NCBI GenBank assembly: GCA_964016885.1
Contig: OZ024743.1
Span: 42,160,001 to 42,224,000 of the forward strand
Source of the DNA: Eledone cirrhosa
Taxonomy: Eukaryota
Direction of reading: 5' to 3'
DNA length: 64,000 bases
Position 1 is the first letter of the stretch, and each line of letters starts with the position of its first letter. Shown piece after piece: positions 13,368 through 26,077 of this stretch. The position numbers and the translations under genes were made by a program. Below the pieces are notes generated by a model that was not told where the DNA came from, searched no databases, and worked only from the letters and a program-made list of their open reading frames with translations.

Positions 13368-14039
13368 TAAATAAATATATATCTGTGTATGTGTGTGTGT
13401 TTGTGAATAAGTGTTACGTTGAGTGTTTGTCACTCTCTTTATTTATATATATACATGTGTGTGTGTGCGTGAGTGTGTATGTGTGTGTTTGCTTGTTTGT
13501 CTATTATGAGAATATAGATATTTAACGTTTAAGACTTCATCAATAATTAAAGAAACGATGATTTATCAACAGAAATGATATATCACATATACTATTACGA
13601 GTGACATATCAGTGAATTAAAATCTTAATTAAATCAAGATTTCAAGTGTCATATTGTCCAATGTTATATTTGAAAACATGAAAATAAGAATATTCTCTCC
13701 GAATGTGTCGTATATGGAAGCTGTTGAAAGCCAAGAAAATAATAATGGTCTGCCAAGGCAAAAACAATTACACACACACCACACACATTCATACACATGC
13801 ACACGCACATATGCACACACACATATACATGTTAACCTACCCTTTTCTATAAATGTGTAATTAACTACCCTTTTCTATAAATGTGTTAACCTATGTTACT
13901 CGCACATCTGCAAATTGGAGGCTAAGGACACACACTTTCTCACTTTTATTTCCTATTCTTATTCTCGTCATTTTTCAATTATTTGTTTGCCTCTCATTCT
14001 TCTAATGGACACATATTTCCTCGCATAGATACATACATA

Positions 14040-14327
14040 CATGGTGGCTACCAACTCGTTTTCGAGAACGTCCACTACTTTATATCCATGTAGGAGAACT
14101 CCTACCTATGCACTGAACGAGTGACATTTTAGTCCAGCCAGCGACTTGAAAACTCTGGTACAAACACTACACTTGTGACAATTATTGACACATAGTGCTG
14201 GGCCCATGGTACCATGTGACGACAAGTGCAGAGAGATCTCCAGATATAAAGCAATGCCTGTGCCGTGAAGCTGTTATAGTGAGCAAAGGCACTGCACAAA
14301 GCCAGTCCCACTCTCCTAACCAAGATG
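14040..14327 (-). mobile_element. Short non-autonomous RTE-related element (5'-truncated copy)
   Basis: Reverse complement of ~60120-60410. Its 3' end ctcgaaaacgagttggtagccaccat resembles the RTE 3' terminus at 15640-15685. Confidence 0.7.
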
Positions 14328-14370
14328 CATACATACATACATACATACATACATACATACATACATACAT

Positions 14371-15540
14371 ACTCAGTGTTACTGGGAACTTTAACATCAA
14401 TGGTGATGTGGATAGGCTATACTTCTCACGCAAGGAAGGTGGCCGGGGTCTAAAATCAATATTAACAACATATGAGACCCGGATAGTGACACTGAAGCAA
14501 CACCTTCAACAGAGGAAAAAGGTTGGCAACCATCTTGCCCAGGTTTATGACCATGAAAAAAGAAATATCATTAGAATAGCGACTGATCTGGAGGAGAGAT
14601 ATGGAATAAAGCCCGATATAAATCTCTCACCCAGAGAAATCGGAAGATCCTATTCAATGTTCAAACAAGAAAAAAAAATTGACCAATTTACAGAAAAAGT
14701 TGTGCATGGATACTTGAGGCGTAAAACACAGACCATAGAGGGGATAAACCACTCAAAAAGCCTGGCATGGAGTTCCGACAAGTTTATGACATCACACCTT
14801 GAGGGATATCTCTATGCAATACAGGAACAAGAACTCCCGACCAAATATCTGCTGCACAAAAGAGGAGGGCCAGCAGCTGACAATAAATGTAGGCTATGTA
14901 AAACAAAGATCGAGGATGTAAGCCACATTGTTGCCAGCTGCGAAAGAATGTCATCTCGCTACTACCTCCCATGAGACACGATGGGATAGCTAGAACCATC
15001 TGGAACGCACTTCGGAAAACAAAATCAACAACAAACGAGGAAGAATATATTGAGACAGATGGCACTAAGGAATACTGGTGGAACCTGAAAATAAAAACTG
15101 CCACCAAATTAAAGTACAACCGGCCTGATATTGTAGTTTGGGACCACACATTGAAAACGTGTTCTGTTGTGGAGATCAGCTGCCCACTTGATGTAAACGT
15201 TGTCAGAAAAATACAGGAGAAGGAGGACATCTACGGACCATTGATGAGGAGTTTACAAATCCAGTATCCAAGATACACCTTTAGCTTCATACCCATCATT
15301 ATTGGTGCTACGGGTTATATACCAACCCGCTTGGACCAAAGTATGACTGAACTTGGATTTGCGGACAAAAAGCGCAGCTCCCTAATTCATAGTCTACAAA
15401 TGGCTGCGATAGCTGGCACCTTCAAAATTTGCAAAACATTCTTGCGATTCAAGGGATGACAATTTCTTTTCTTTTACAACCTTGCCACCAGGAAGGTGAC
15501 CGGTCAAAAAATATACTCAAAATTAAGAGAAAGAGAAAAC
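14371..15540 (+). mobile_element. 5'-truncated non-LTR element with CCHC zinc knuckle + restriction-like endonuclease (R4/Dong-like)
   Basis: RLYFSRKEGGRGL, AIQEQEL, CRLC...EDVSHIVASC, RHD, RPDIVVWD...VEISCP, K...Y, with one frameshift at ~14970. (TACA)n flanks both sides. Confidence 0.85.
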
Positions 15541-15639
15541 ATACATACATTAATATGTACATATATAATATACCCATGCATACATACATACATACATACA
15601 TACATACATACATACATACATACATACATACATACATAC

Positions 15640-15821
15640 ATGATGGCTGCCCCCTCGTTATCGAGTATGGTCATTGCACGAGAAGAAAAAAAAAAAAAAA
15701 ATAAATAAAATAAAATAAAATAAAATAAAATAAAATAAAATAAAATTAAATAAAATAAAATAAAATAAAATAAAATAAAATAAAAAAAAATAAAAATAGT
15801 AAAAATAATAATAAATAAATT

Positions 15822-15867
<46 letters not shown>

Positions 15868-16039
15868 CATACATATATACATACACACATACATACACAT
15901 ACACTCACACATATACACACACATACATTAATAACAATAATAATAATAATAATAATAATAGCAATAATAATAATAACGACAACAACAATAATAATATACA
16001 TATTCATATATATATACACACACACGCACGCACTTAAGC

Positions 16040-16101
<62 letters not shown>

Positions 16102-19100
16102 TAGCAACTAACAGTGCTGCGATCGAATGTGGCTTTTTAGCCCAGCCAATGATCTAAAATGTCTTGCACAGAGTCGGCAACCAAAACATTCACTGGGAAT
16201 AGTCGGCTGTGGTTGGAGTTCGTGTACTTTTGCATGTCGCTTGAGCCCTCCTGCTGATTTACATTCTCTACAACATGTTTGGCAATCATGATGAGTAGCA
16301 TCTCCAACAGCAGCCTGGTAGTCAACCACTGGTCTTACTTTATGACTGCGAAGATGACTTTCGAGTCCAGCTTTGCTTAAGCAGAGTCTCGCACAGACGC
16401 TGTATGTCAGCACCATAGGAGGACCCTCGCCGTCTGGAAGTGCAACAGCAATGCCCTTCCTCACGTCCCGCTTTACTTTCTCGTGTGCGATTCGAGATGC
16501 CTCAAAGGCAACTTTTCCCTCATATACAGTCTTTCTCCATTTATTACGATCAGCAGCAATATTTTCCCATGTATCAGCAGAGATGTTAGCGTCTTTCAGA
16601 GAGGCTTTCAGGGAATCCTTATACCTCTTTTTTGGTTTATGTGGCGGTCGTTTTCATTTAACCAACTCTCCATAGAAGAGTTGTTTTGGTATTCTAGAAT
16701 CCTTCATCCTGGCAAGGTGACCACTCCAACGGAGTCGTTGCTTAAGCACAAGAGCTTCTATACTGTCACACATAGAGCTTTCCAAAATCTCGACATCACT
16801 GATGTGGTCCCTCCAGTGAACGCCATGGATCCGTCTGAGGCACATCTGATGGAAACGCTCCAATTGCTTAAGGTGGCGTCGATATGTGACCCAGGTCTCG
16901 CAGGCATAAAGAAGACAAGAGAGTACACATGCCCTGTACACATTTACCTTTGTCCTCCTGCATATGTCTCGCCGACCCTAGAGTCGCCTTTCTAGCTTTC
17001 CGAAAGCATCACCTACTTTTCTAATCCTAAGTCAGATTTCACTGTCAAGGTTGCCATATCGATTGACAGTGCTTCCCAGGTAGACAAACTGATCAACCAC
17101 TCCAAGTCGTTTGCCATACACATAGATGTTTGGTTCAGTGTACTGCTTACTAGGGGCAGGTTGGTACATGACGTCGGTTTTCTTGAGACTGACAGTCAAA
17201 CCCAGGGCAGTGCAAGCGTCAGAAAATGCATTCAAAATGTGCTGCATATCACTCTCTGTGTGCGCTACAAGATCGCAATCATCTGCATACAAGAGGTCTC
17301 TTATGACTGATGTAAATACTTTTGTCTTCGCAGCAAAGCGCCTGAAGTTAAATATGCTGCCTGAGGTTCGATATCGGATGTAAACACCATGCTCGCAATT
17401 CCTGAATGCAATACAGAAAACCATTGCAAAGTATATGGCAAACAAGGTCGGTGCTGGAATATCCACCTGTTTCACTCCATTTTTTCCTGAGATAGGCTCC
17501 GACATGCTACCCCCGACATTAACCCAAGCCTTCATGTCGTCATGGAAAGACCTAACTAAAGCAAGGAACTTATCAGGGCAACCAAGTTTCTGGAGAACCT
17601 TCCATAATGCATCTCTGTTGACAGTATCGAAAGCCTTTGTCAGATCGACAAAAACCTCATACAGATCCAAGCCTTGTTCAATGCACTTCTCCTGGAGCTG
17701 TCTAGCTGAGAAGATCATATCAGTAGTGCCGCGTCCAGCACGAAAACCAGATTGACTTTCAGGAAGGACACTATCTGCAATGTGTGTCAGCATACGGTCC
17801 AGAAGCACCCTACATAAAACTTTCCCTACGACAGAAAGCAATGATATACCTCTGTAGTTCCCACAATCATTCCTGTTACCCTTTCCCTTGTACAAGACCA
17901 CCATTACTGCATCTCTCCAGTCCTCAGGCACGGATTCATTAGCCCATATCTTTCCAAACAAAGAGTGAAGATGTTGCAGGAGTCTCTCACCACCATATTG
18001 TAGGAGCTCAGCATGTATGCCATCCCTACCTGGAGATCTTCCACTGTTCAGCTTCGAAATAGCCACTGCAACCTCCACAAGCGTCGGAGGTTCTGCGAGA
18101 GCTATTTTCACAGGACTTTCCGGAATGAGATTGAGGAAATCTTCACTGATGACAGACGGCTGATTCAAAAGATCATCAAAGTGCTCTCGCCACCTTCGTA
18201 GAATTCCCTGTGAGTCACGAAGAAGTTCTTTGCCATCCTTGCTGCGAATCGGTGTCACCAGAGAAGAAGACGGTCCATAAACCTCACGCAAGAGACTGTA
18301 CAACAGCTTTGTGTTATTGGAATCAGACGCAGTTTGTATCTCACCAGCCTTCTCACTCCACCACTGATCCTTAATCTGAGAAAGACTTCGCCTAACACGT
18401 GATTTTACATCCCTGAGCTCCTCATGCAACGTATCCCTCTCCTGTGGTTTTGCCGTCAAGTAGCGTGACAGAGCACGCCTCTTTTCAGCCAACAAGTCTT
18501 CTATATGTACATCATTCTCATTAAACCAGTCCTGATGTTTTCTCAGAACACGTCTGCCTACATCATAAACCGTCTTTTTAAGGGTCGGCCAATCCTCACC
18601 AAGATCTGCAGCCTGCATCTCTTCTTCCAATGTTCTCTTCACATTTTTATCCTTAAGACGAGCAGCATTCAATCTTTTGGGCAGGGTAACACCAGGAGCC
18701 CGGATTTTACGTTTGGTGATTAGATTCACTTTTGCGCGTACCAGGCGGTGGTCCGTCCAGCACTCAGCTCCACGAAGAACACGAACACACTGCACATCCT
18801 GTCTGTCACGCATCCTGACTAGGACGTAGTCCAAAAGATGCCATTCCTTAGATGCAGGATGCATCCATGTGGTCTTGAATTTGTTCTTTTGTTGGAACAT
18901 GGTGTTGGTAACACACAGATCCAGCTCCTTACACATCTGCAGCAGGAGCATACCATTGTTGTTACACTTTCTCACCCCATGCCTTCCGATTACATTCCAT
19001 GTGTTAAAATCCCTACCCACTCTAGCATTAAATCACCAAGCACGATAACTTTGTCTGCCTGAGGGATATTTCTTAAAACACCTTTCAAGGCATGATAAAA

Positions 19101-19950
19101 GGACAGTTTTTCTTCATCGACAGAATTCATAGTTGGAGCATACACACTCACCAGGGTAGCATATCTTCCCTTGTCCAGCGGAACTCTCATGGACATAAGA
19201 CGCTCACTAATCCCTACTGGTTCCTTCATCTCTTCCTTTCCAGAAGAATGTATATTCTCCACAAAATTCCGTAAGATGACCATCTCCAGCTAACCTCGTC
19301 TCAGATAAAGCCACGATGTCAAGATCGTAACGTCGAAGCTCCTTTGCAACAAGAGCGGTCCTTCGTTCAGGACGCTCCAAAGAATCTCTGTCAAGCAGCG
19401 TCCGTACGTTTCAGCAGCCAAGACTAAATGCCCTGTTTGGCTCTATTACAATGGCACGATGACGGACAGGCCCAGGTTGTGATAACTTGGGGCCCCTGCC
19501 CTTATTGCCAATGATCTTTTTTGTTCCAGAACCTAAATTGGCAATTATCTCGTTTGCATTGTTCTGGAACATCATTGAATTGGAAAAAAAAAAAAAAAAA
19601 AAAAAAGAAATAATAATAGTAATAATAATAGTAATAATAATAATAATAATAATAGTACACTATTAATAATTATTAATGCACTCGTGCAATGCCTGTGCGT
19701 GACGAATATTTTTAAAGTGAGGAAAGACTGTGCACTGAGCCAATCCCACTCTCTGAGCGACAGTAGCTATAACCCGAAAAGAAGAAAAGATCAACATCAT
19801 CGGTAACTACTGAGCCGCAGGTTTTATATCGGAGTTAACCCAGTTTCCTGAGATGCCTTCTCCTAGAAGAATGCCCTGACAAGGGCTAGGGGTTCTTCAC
19901 TCCCAGTGGTTTAACTGCGCGATCGGGCATCCAGCCCGATTATTTCTATG
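15640..19950 (-). mobile_element. Near full-length RTE-clade LINE (APE + RT + C-terminal C2H2 fingers)
   Basis: APE: NVRTL...DIVALSETRL, SVYAPT, LDYVLV, TDHRLV. RT: NYRGISLL, QSGFR, DLTKAFD, LLYADD, YLGS, LRWSGHLARM. The 3' terminus ctcgataacgagggggcagccatcat is followed by (GTAT)n at ~15640. The putative 5' UTR is 19690-19950. Confidence 0.92.
16108..19450 (-). pseudogene. RTE ORF (endonuclease-reverse transcriptase), frameshifted
   Basis: ORF pieces 18990-19283, 17032-19020 (662 aa), 16654-16941 and 16108-16464 are collinear parts of one RTE protein. Confidence 0.9.
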
Positions 19951-20708
19951 TCCCCGCGCGCAAAAAAAAAAAAAAAAAAAAATCACTTACTGACACTTAT
20001 ACGTACGACATACACACACACGCATACATATGCGCGCACGCAGCAACACTCATACATACAACAAACACACACACACGCAACTCTACTCACTTACACGCAC
20101 ACACACACATATATATATATATATTACCGTCATTACTGATACAAGATTACAAGATTATGTCAAATGTTGACTTTCAAGAGTTTGTATAGTTGAAGCCGAT
20201 CGTATTACAGTCCAGTATTACTATAATTGCTTTGCAGCATAGAGTTATGGCTCTCCACGGAGTCAACAAAAGAGAGTACCAGTGATGCGCTGGTCCAGTC
20301 GCTGGATCCGTGCCAAAAGCAGAAAAATTATTATTAAAGTTGTTTTCTTAAGGCCAGGTCGCTGGGGATGGTGATGGCGGCGGCGGCGGTGGTGGTGGTT
20401 GTGGTGGCAGTTGATGTTGTTGTTGTGTTGTGTGTGTGTGTGTGTGTGTGTTTTGTTATTTTGAGTTTTGTTTTTCTTTTCTTTTTTTTTTCTTTTCCCT
20501 TCCCCGTTTTTTTTTCTTTTCCCTTACTTTTTTTATGTTTTGATGCCGCTGTTGTTGTTGTTGTTGTTGTTGTAATTGTTGTAAATGTTCATTTCAGTTC
20601 ATTCTGAAGCTGTTGTTGCAGTAAACATTAGTGCCGGTGTTGTTGTTGTAGATGTTGGGGTTGAAATCTGGTCGTTTGACTGAGTGATGTATATACACAC
20701 ATATACAT

Positions 20709-20739
<31 letters not shown>

Positions 20740-21198
20740 CACATTCAACAGAGAGTAGAGAGTTTGACAACAAGTCGATGACTTTAGTCTAGATAGGGTA
20801 TGGTATGGTATGGTAATGACATGTGATGGTGGGGAGAGAGTGTAGACGTTATTGTGGTGGTGGGGACAGTGAGATGTATCTAGTTCATTTGACCGTTTTC
20901 TTCTCTTAGCAAAATTTGAATTTTAGCCATGTTATATTGAGATGTAAGTAAATGTAAAATGTAAAATATAAATAAGGATTGCTCTGCTAAAATATACTAA
21001 AATATTTGTGTAACTTCCACAAACTTCTGTCGTGACATTCCCGAGTCCAGTGACCAAAAAATTGTTGTATTTTGATGTTTCAGAATACAAAAATTAATTA
21101 AAAACTTACCCCACGAAAAGACAGCGTGTGTTGTCCTATCTATAAGCTCCCTCATACATACATACATACATACATACATACATACATACATACATACA

Positions 21199-21229
<31 letters not shown>

Positions 21230-21277
21230 GTACATATATAATGTACACATGCATACATACATACATACATACATACA

Positions 21278-21311
<34 letters not shown>

Positions 21312-21678
21312 CATACATATGTACACATATAATATACACATGCATACATACATACACACATACATACATACATACATACATATATACATACATATGTACA
21401 TATATAATATACGCATGCATACATACATACCTACATACATTCATATATACATACATACATATATACATACATATATACATACATATGTACATATATAATA
21501 TACACATGCATACATGTAAATGTACATTCATACATACACACATATACATACACAAAACGCCAGCGCCAACAGTTTTGCAAGAGATGTCAACATGAATGGA
21601 CCTGTTAATTTTATCTAAAGACATTTGTTTCCAATTCCAACACGCCCAACCCCTCAATCTATCTTATTTCTCATTCTT

Positions 21679-21714
21679 TCTTCTGGTGAAGGACTAACGT
21701 CCGAAACGTTAAGA
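21679..21714 (+). ncRNA. Minimal type I hammerhead-like motif (A6G, probably decayed)
   Basis: tctt CTGGTGA a ggac taac gtcc GAAA cg TT aaga, with a palindromic helix III aacgtt. Confidence 0.55.
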
Positions 21715-21795
21715 CCCTTTTTTTGCTATATCAAGCGTTAACCTAATATAACCCTTCCATATACTGTACCGATTGTGTTGTTATTTCTGTTTACC

Positions 21796-21880
<85 letters not shown>

Positions 21881-22319
21881 CACACACATTCGAAAGTACG
21901 ATTTTTTAATATGTTCCATACGGTTAAGTATTTGGGAAAGAGAATGCAATCGGAATCTTTCAGAAGGATTGTTTCCAAAATAACTCTTCGCCGGTGGAGA
22001 GACCGGGAGGATCACTAATAATCGGAATATTTAATGCATAGGTAGATGGAGAGGGGGTATAGAGACTGGTAAAATCTCGACCTACAGACTTTATTAAGTT
22101 TGCTGAAACCGCTTGCCGTCGTGGTCTGGATTTTACATCGGTCCCTCTCTCTCTCTCTCTCTCTCCCTCTCCCTCTCACTATATCTTCCCACATCTCACT
22201 CTCTCACTCTCTCTCTCTCTCTCCCTCTCTCTCTCTCTGAAATAAAGAATACAAATCGATTTAGAGAATATGCGATAATCTAAAACACCACAATTAAATA
22301 TTATCTAGAATCACATATC

Positions 22320-22560
22320 CTAATTTCCTCAAATACCGGTCGCTCTCAGACAGGTTTGCGATTGTACCCTTAGCATTGGAGACTTCTGGTGTACTCGGCC
22401 CTAGAGCTACCTCCCTACTCACCACCATAGGCGCTGAGCTAGCCAGCCGCATGTGTGAGCCCCGCGAGCTTGAATGGCTTTTCAAGCGCGTCTCCCTTGC
22501 CGTCCAGCAGTGAAAACCCTTCTCCATTCTGTCCGCTGGGTCTGTAAGGAGGCCACCAAT
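22320..22560 (+). mobile_element. CRE-clade non-LTR element 3' fragment (RLE C-terminus)
   Basis: Translates as KYRSLSDRFAIVPLALETSGVLGP...WLFKRVSLAVQ; homologous to 52260-52480. Confidence 0.7.
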
Positions 22561-23169
22561 ATGATTGACTGACTTGTCATTTGATCAGTCAGATGTTTTT
22601 TTCTGGTATAACTGTCGATAAAAAATCCTAATTTCTCTTGTTAAATTAATGTCTATTGGGAGAACGTAATATCTAAAACCTGCCAATAAATTACTGTTTT
22701 GCTAGCGGCTGACAGCCTATCATATTATCCAAGCTGAACTGTGAGGGTGGTATTAAATTTGTTGAGAATCATAGTCATTCCCTACCACACGTCTGAAATA
22801 GCCTGCCACGTGAATTGAGATGTCTCGCATGAAATATGCGACCGTTCAACGAGGGGGAATGTAACATACGTAGCACTGGGCTGCTGTGGTCTTTCGGCGA
22901 TGTATTCTTTTACGCCTGCACACAGCGATAGAAACTGATTGAAGCTGATAGGCGAACGGATGACCGCTTCAAAAATATTGTGTTCGTCCGTTCTTTTATC
23001 ACTTTGAACTTCAATTGCCTAAGAAAGGTAACATTCTTATTTAAGAAGCTGTCTGATGAGATCGGGCATTGGATTTCACGCGGAACGTGGCCTCTGCTGT
23101 CATCGAAATACATAACCGCTTTCAATAAAATAATTTTAACATTTAAACTACTTTGTATTTCATTATTTT

Positions 23170-23278
23170 AAATCCGCCGAAGTTGACTTTGCCTTTCATC
23201 CTTATGGGGTCGATAAAATAAAGTACCAGTAATGCACTGAGTAATTGCTGGCCTTGTACCTAAAGAAGAAACAATTAT
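23170..23278 (+). mobile_element. tRNA-SINE, 5'-truncated
   Basis: gttgactttgcctttcatccttatggggtcgataaaataaagtaccag...gctggccttgtacctaaag. Confidence 0.8.
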
Positions 23279-23358
23279 TTTATATATATATTTCATATAT
23301 ATTATTTTACACGCATACACATCACATATGCATATACGCACACACACACTCCCTCTCC

Positions 23359-23390
<32 letters not shown>

Positions 23391-23392
23391 CA

Positions 23393-23594
23393 ATATAACA
23401 AAGGAAATGTGGTAAGCAACCAGATTGACCATGACGCATCAAAGTACTCAATACTTAGGGTAGTAGAGTGGGTAATAGGAACGAGTATGACCCCGACGAA
23501 TGAGCTCAAGCCGTTTCGACGGCTAATTCTGGACTAGTCCAGAATTAGCCGTCGAAACGGCTTGAGCTCAGCCGTCGGGTCCTACTCGTTCCTA
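23393..23594. repeat. Head-to-head pair of pLTR 3' fragments (family of 7476-11568)
   Basis: The left arm is the reverse complement of ~11427-11568. The centre ggactagtcc is at ~23535, and the right arm ends at ctcgttcctat + (TA). Confidence 0.9.
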
Positions 23595-23599
23595 TATAT

Positions 23600-24342
23600 A
23601 CAATATATAGAGAAACACACAGATACAAGCGGACACATACATACAAATGAATATATCCACATATATCCCTGAGTTACTGGTACCAACCTCAACCGATGTT
23701 GCTCTATGAATAACTGGGACAAACCAATCCGAATTGATTAGACTGATTCAGTATCAGGGCTATATAATACATTACAAAGAGAGAAGAAACATTAGATATA
23801 ATTAGTAATAAGGTATATCATACCTAAACTGCTTCTATAGTACCCGACTACGTAGTTTCGTGGCGCATTATGCAAAAATACTACATCATAGATATATAGA
23901 GTTTTTGTGAGGTCTGCCGACTTATCAAGAGGATACCTCATTAAGGGTTTCAAAACACGTCTGTGAGGGGCGAGATAGAATCTCGAAAAGGTGGAGGGGA
24001 AGTCAGTCATGTGATACAGCGGACAAGAAACAGAGCTAAGCCCCTTATAACCGTGGAAAAATACCACGAGGGCGGAGCATGTATGTATATCAAAGCCGTA
24101 GAAGAGGTGGTTTGAGGAGGCGAGAAGTATGAATAATGGTAGCTAGCCAGCAGTCACTACACTTCAAAGTTTACTCGTCCAAAGGGAGTTATAAACAATA
24201 TATAGAGAAACACACAGATACGAGCGGACACATACATACACATGAATATATCCACATATATCCCTGAGTTAGTGGTACTAACCTCAACCGATGTTGCTCT
24301 ATGAATTGGTGCCACTAACTCAAGTTGGTACGACTATCTCAG

Positions 24343-24345
<3 letters not shown>
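23600..24345 (-). mobile_element. Solo pLTR-like insertion with ~110 bp terminal direct repeat (period ~596) and candidate HHR
   Basis: 23600-23710 is repeated at 24196-24305. A candidate HHR lies on the minus strand at 23840-23936. Confidence 0.55.
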
Positions 24346-24405
<60 letters not shown>

Positions 24406-24411
<6 letters not shown>

Positions 24412-25835
24412 TTGTAGCTCTGAAATAGCAATATATATATGGATGTAAATATAATGTATTTTGCAATACACTTTATGCTTAATTAAAAGCATTTTGAAGA
24501 CCGTAAGCTATTGTTTTAAAGTAGTGACAAATTCACTCACTTCGATCTCAGCAAACAGGAGGAGATAAGCCGACATGACATGTTTCGCTTTTGTTGAAGC
24601 TTATCAAGGCCAACTACCCCGCCCGTCTGCTGAGATCAATGATGTTATATTCTTATAGAAATCTAGTAAATAATCAGGAGCTGATTATGCAGAGCGGTTG
24701 TTGGTCAGGAAGAAAGTAAAAATTAGAATTGTAGCTTTGAAATAGCAATATATAGATGGATGTAAATATAATGTATTTTGCAATACACTTTATGCTTAAT
24801 TAAAAGCATTTTGAAGACCGTAAGCTATTGTTTTAAAGTAGTGACAAATTCACTCACTTCGATCTCAGCAAACAGGAGGAGATAAGCCGACATGACATGT
24901 TTCGCTTTTGTTGAAGCTTATCAAGGCCAACTACCTCGCCCGTCTGCTGAGATCAATGATGTTATATTCTTTTAGAAATCTAGTAAATAATCAGGAGCTG
25001 ATTATGCAGAGCGGTTGTTGGTCAGGCAGAAATTAAAGATTAGAATTGTAGCTCTGAAATAGCAATATATATATGGATGTAAATATAATGTATTTTGCAA
25101 TACACTTTATGCTTAATTAAAAGCATTTTGAAGACCGTAAGCTATTGTTTTAAAGTAGTGACAAATTCACTCACTTCGATCTCAGCAAACAGGAGGAGAT
25201 AAGCCGACATGACATGTTTCGCTTTTGTTGAAGCTTATCAAGGCCAACTACCCCGCCCGTCTGCTGAGATCAATGATGTTATATTCTTATAGAAATCTAG
25301 TAAATAATCAGGAGCTGATTATGCAGAGCGGTTGTTGGTCAGGCAGAAATTAAAAATTAGAATTGTAGCTCTGAAATAGCAATATATATATGGATGTAAA
25401 TATAATGTATTTTGCAATACACTTTATGCTTAATTAAAAGCATTTTGAAGACCGTAAGCTATTGCTTTTAATTAAGCATAAAGTGTATTGCAAAATACAT
25501 TATATTTACATCCATATATATATTGCTATTTCAGAGCTACAATTCTAATTTTTAATTTCTGCCTGACCAACAACCGCTCTGCATAATCAGCTCCTGATTA
25601 TTTACTAGATTTCTATAAGAATATAACATTATTGATCTCAGCAGATGGGCGGGGTAGTTGGCCTTGATAAGCTTCAACAAAAGCGAAACATGTCATGTCG
25701 GCTTATCTCCTCCTGTTTGCTGAGATCGAAGTGAGTGAATTTGTCACTACTTTAAAACAATAGCTTACGGTCTTCAAAATGCTTTTAATTAAGCATAAAG
25801 TGTATTGCAAAATACATTATATTTACATCCATATA
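24406..25835. repeat. 317-bp tandem array (3.3 units) plus an inverted 1.2-unit arm; each unit carries a type I HHR (retrozyme-like)
   Basis: Units start at 24406, 24723, 25040 and 25357, with a strand switch at ~25464 and (TA)n at both ends. HHRs lie at 24568-24611, 24885-24928, 25202-25245 (-) and 25660-25703 (+). Confidence 0.95.
25660..25703 (+). ncRNA. Type I hammerhead ribozyme, U3-A8 core (representative of the 317-bp family)
   Basis: ggcc TTGATAA gctt caacaa aagc GAAA catgtcatg TC ggct. Helix I extends via gatctcagcaga...gggg / ctcctcctgtttgctgagatc. Confidence 0.85.
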
Positions 25836-26010
25836 TATATATATATAGTTAACTATTAGACAGGAACAAAAGACAGAGGGGCAGTACAACTGGTAGTTTA
25901 TTAAGTTCACGCTTTTGTGAGTGGGGTGGTGCTGGTGTGGTGGAGTATATATGTGTTTATTAATTAACAGATTAAATTTTAAACAAATAATCGCTGCTTT
26001 CACCCTTTAC

Positions 26011-26060
<50 letters not shown>

Positions 26061-26077
26061 GTAAAGGGTGAAAGCAG

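Noticed and set aside
16373-19274. Plus-strand ORFs overlapping the RTE
   Set aside because: They are antisense shadows of the RTE coding sequence.
22600-23150. Possible DDE transposase remnant (VMYFDDSRGH)
   Set aside because: One weak motif, with no TIRs seen.
24406-25835. CRISPR array interpretation of the tandem repeats
   Set aside because: The units are full 317-bp repeats with no unique spacers, in a eukaryotic context with no cas genes.
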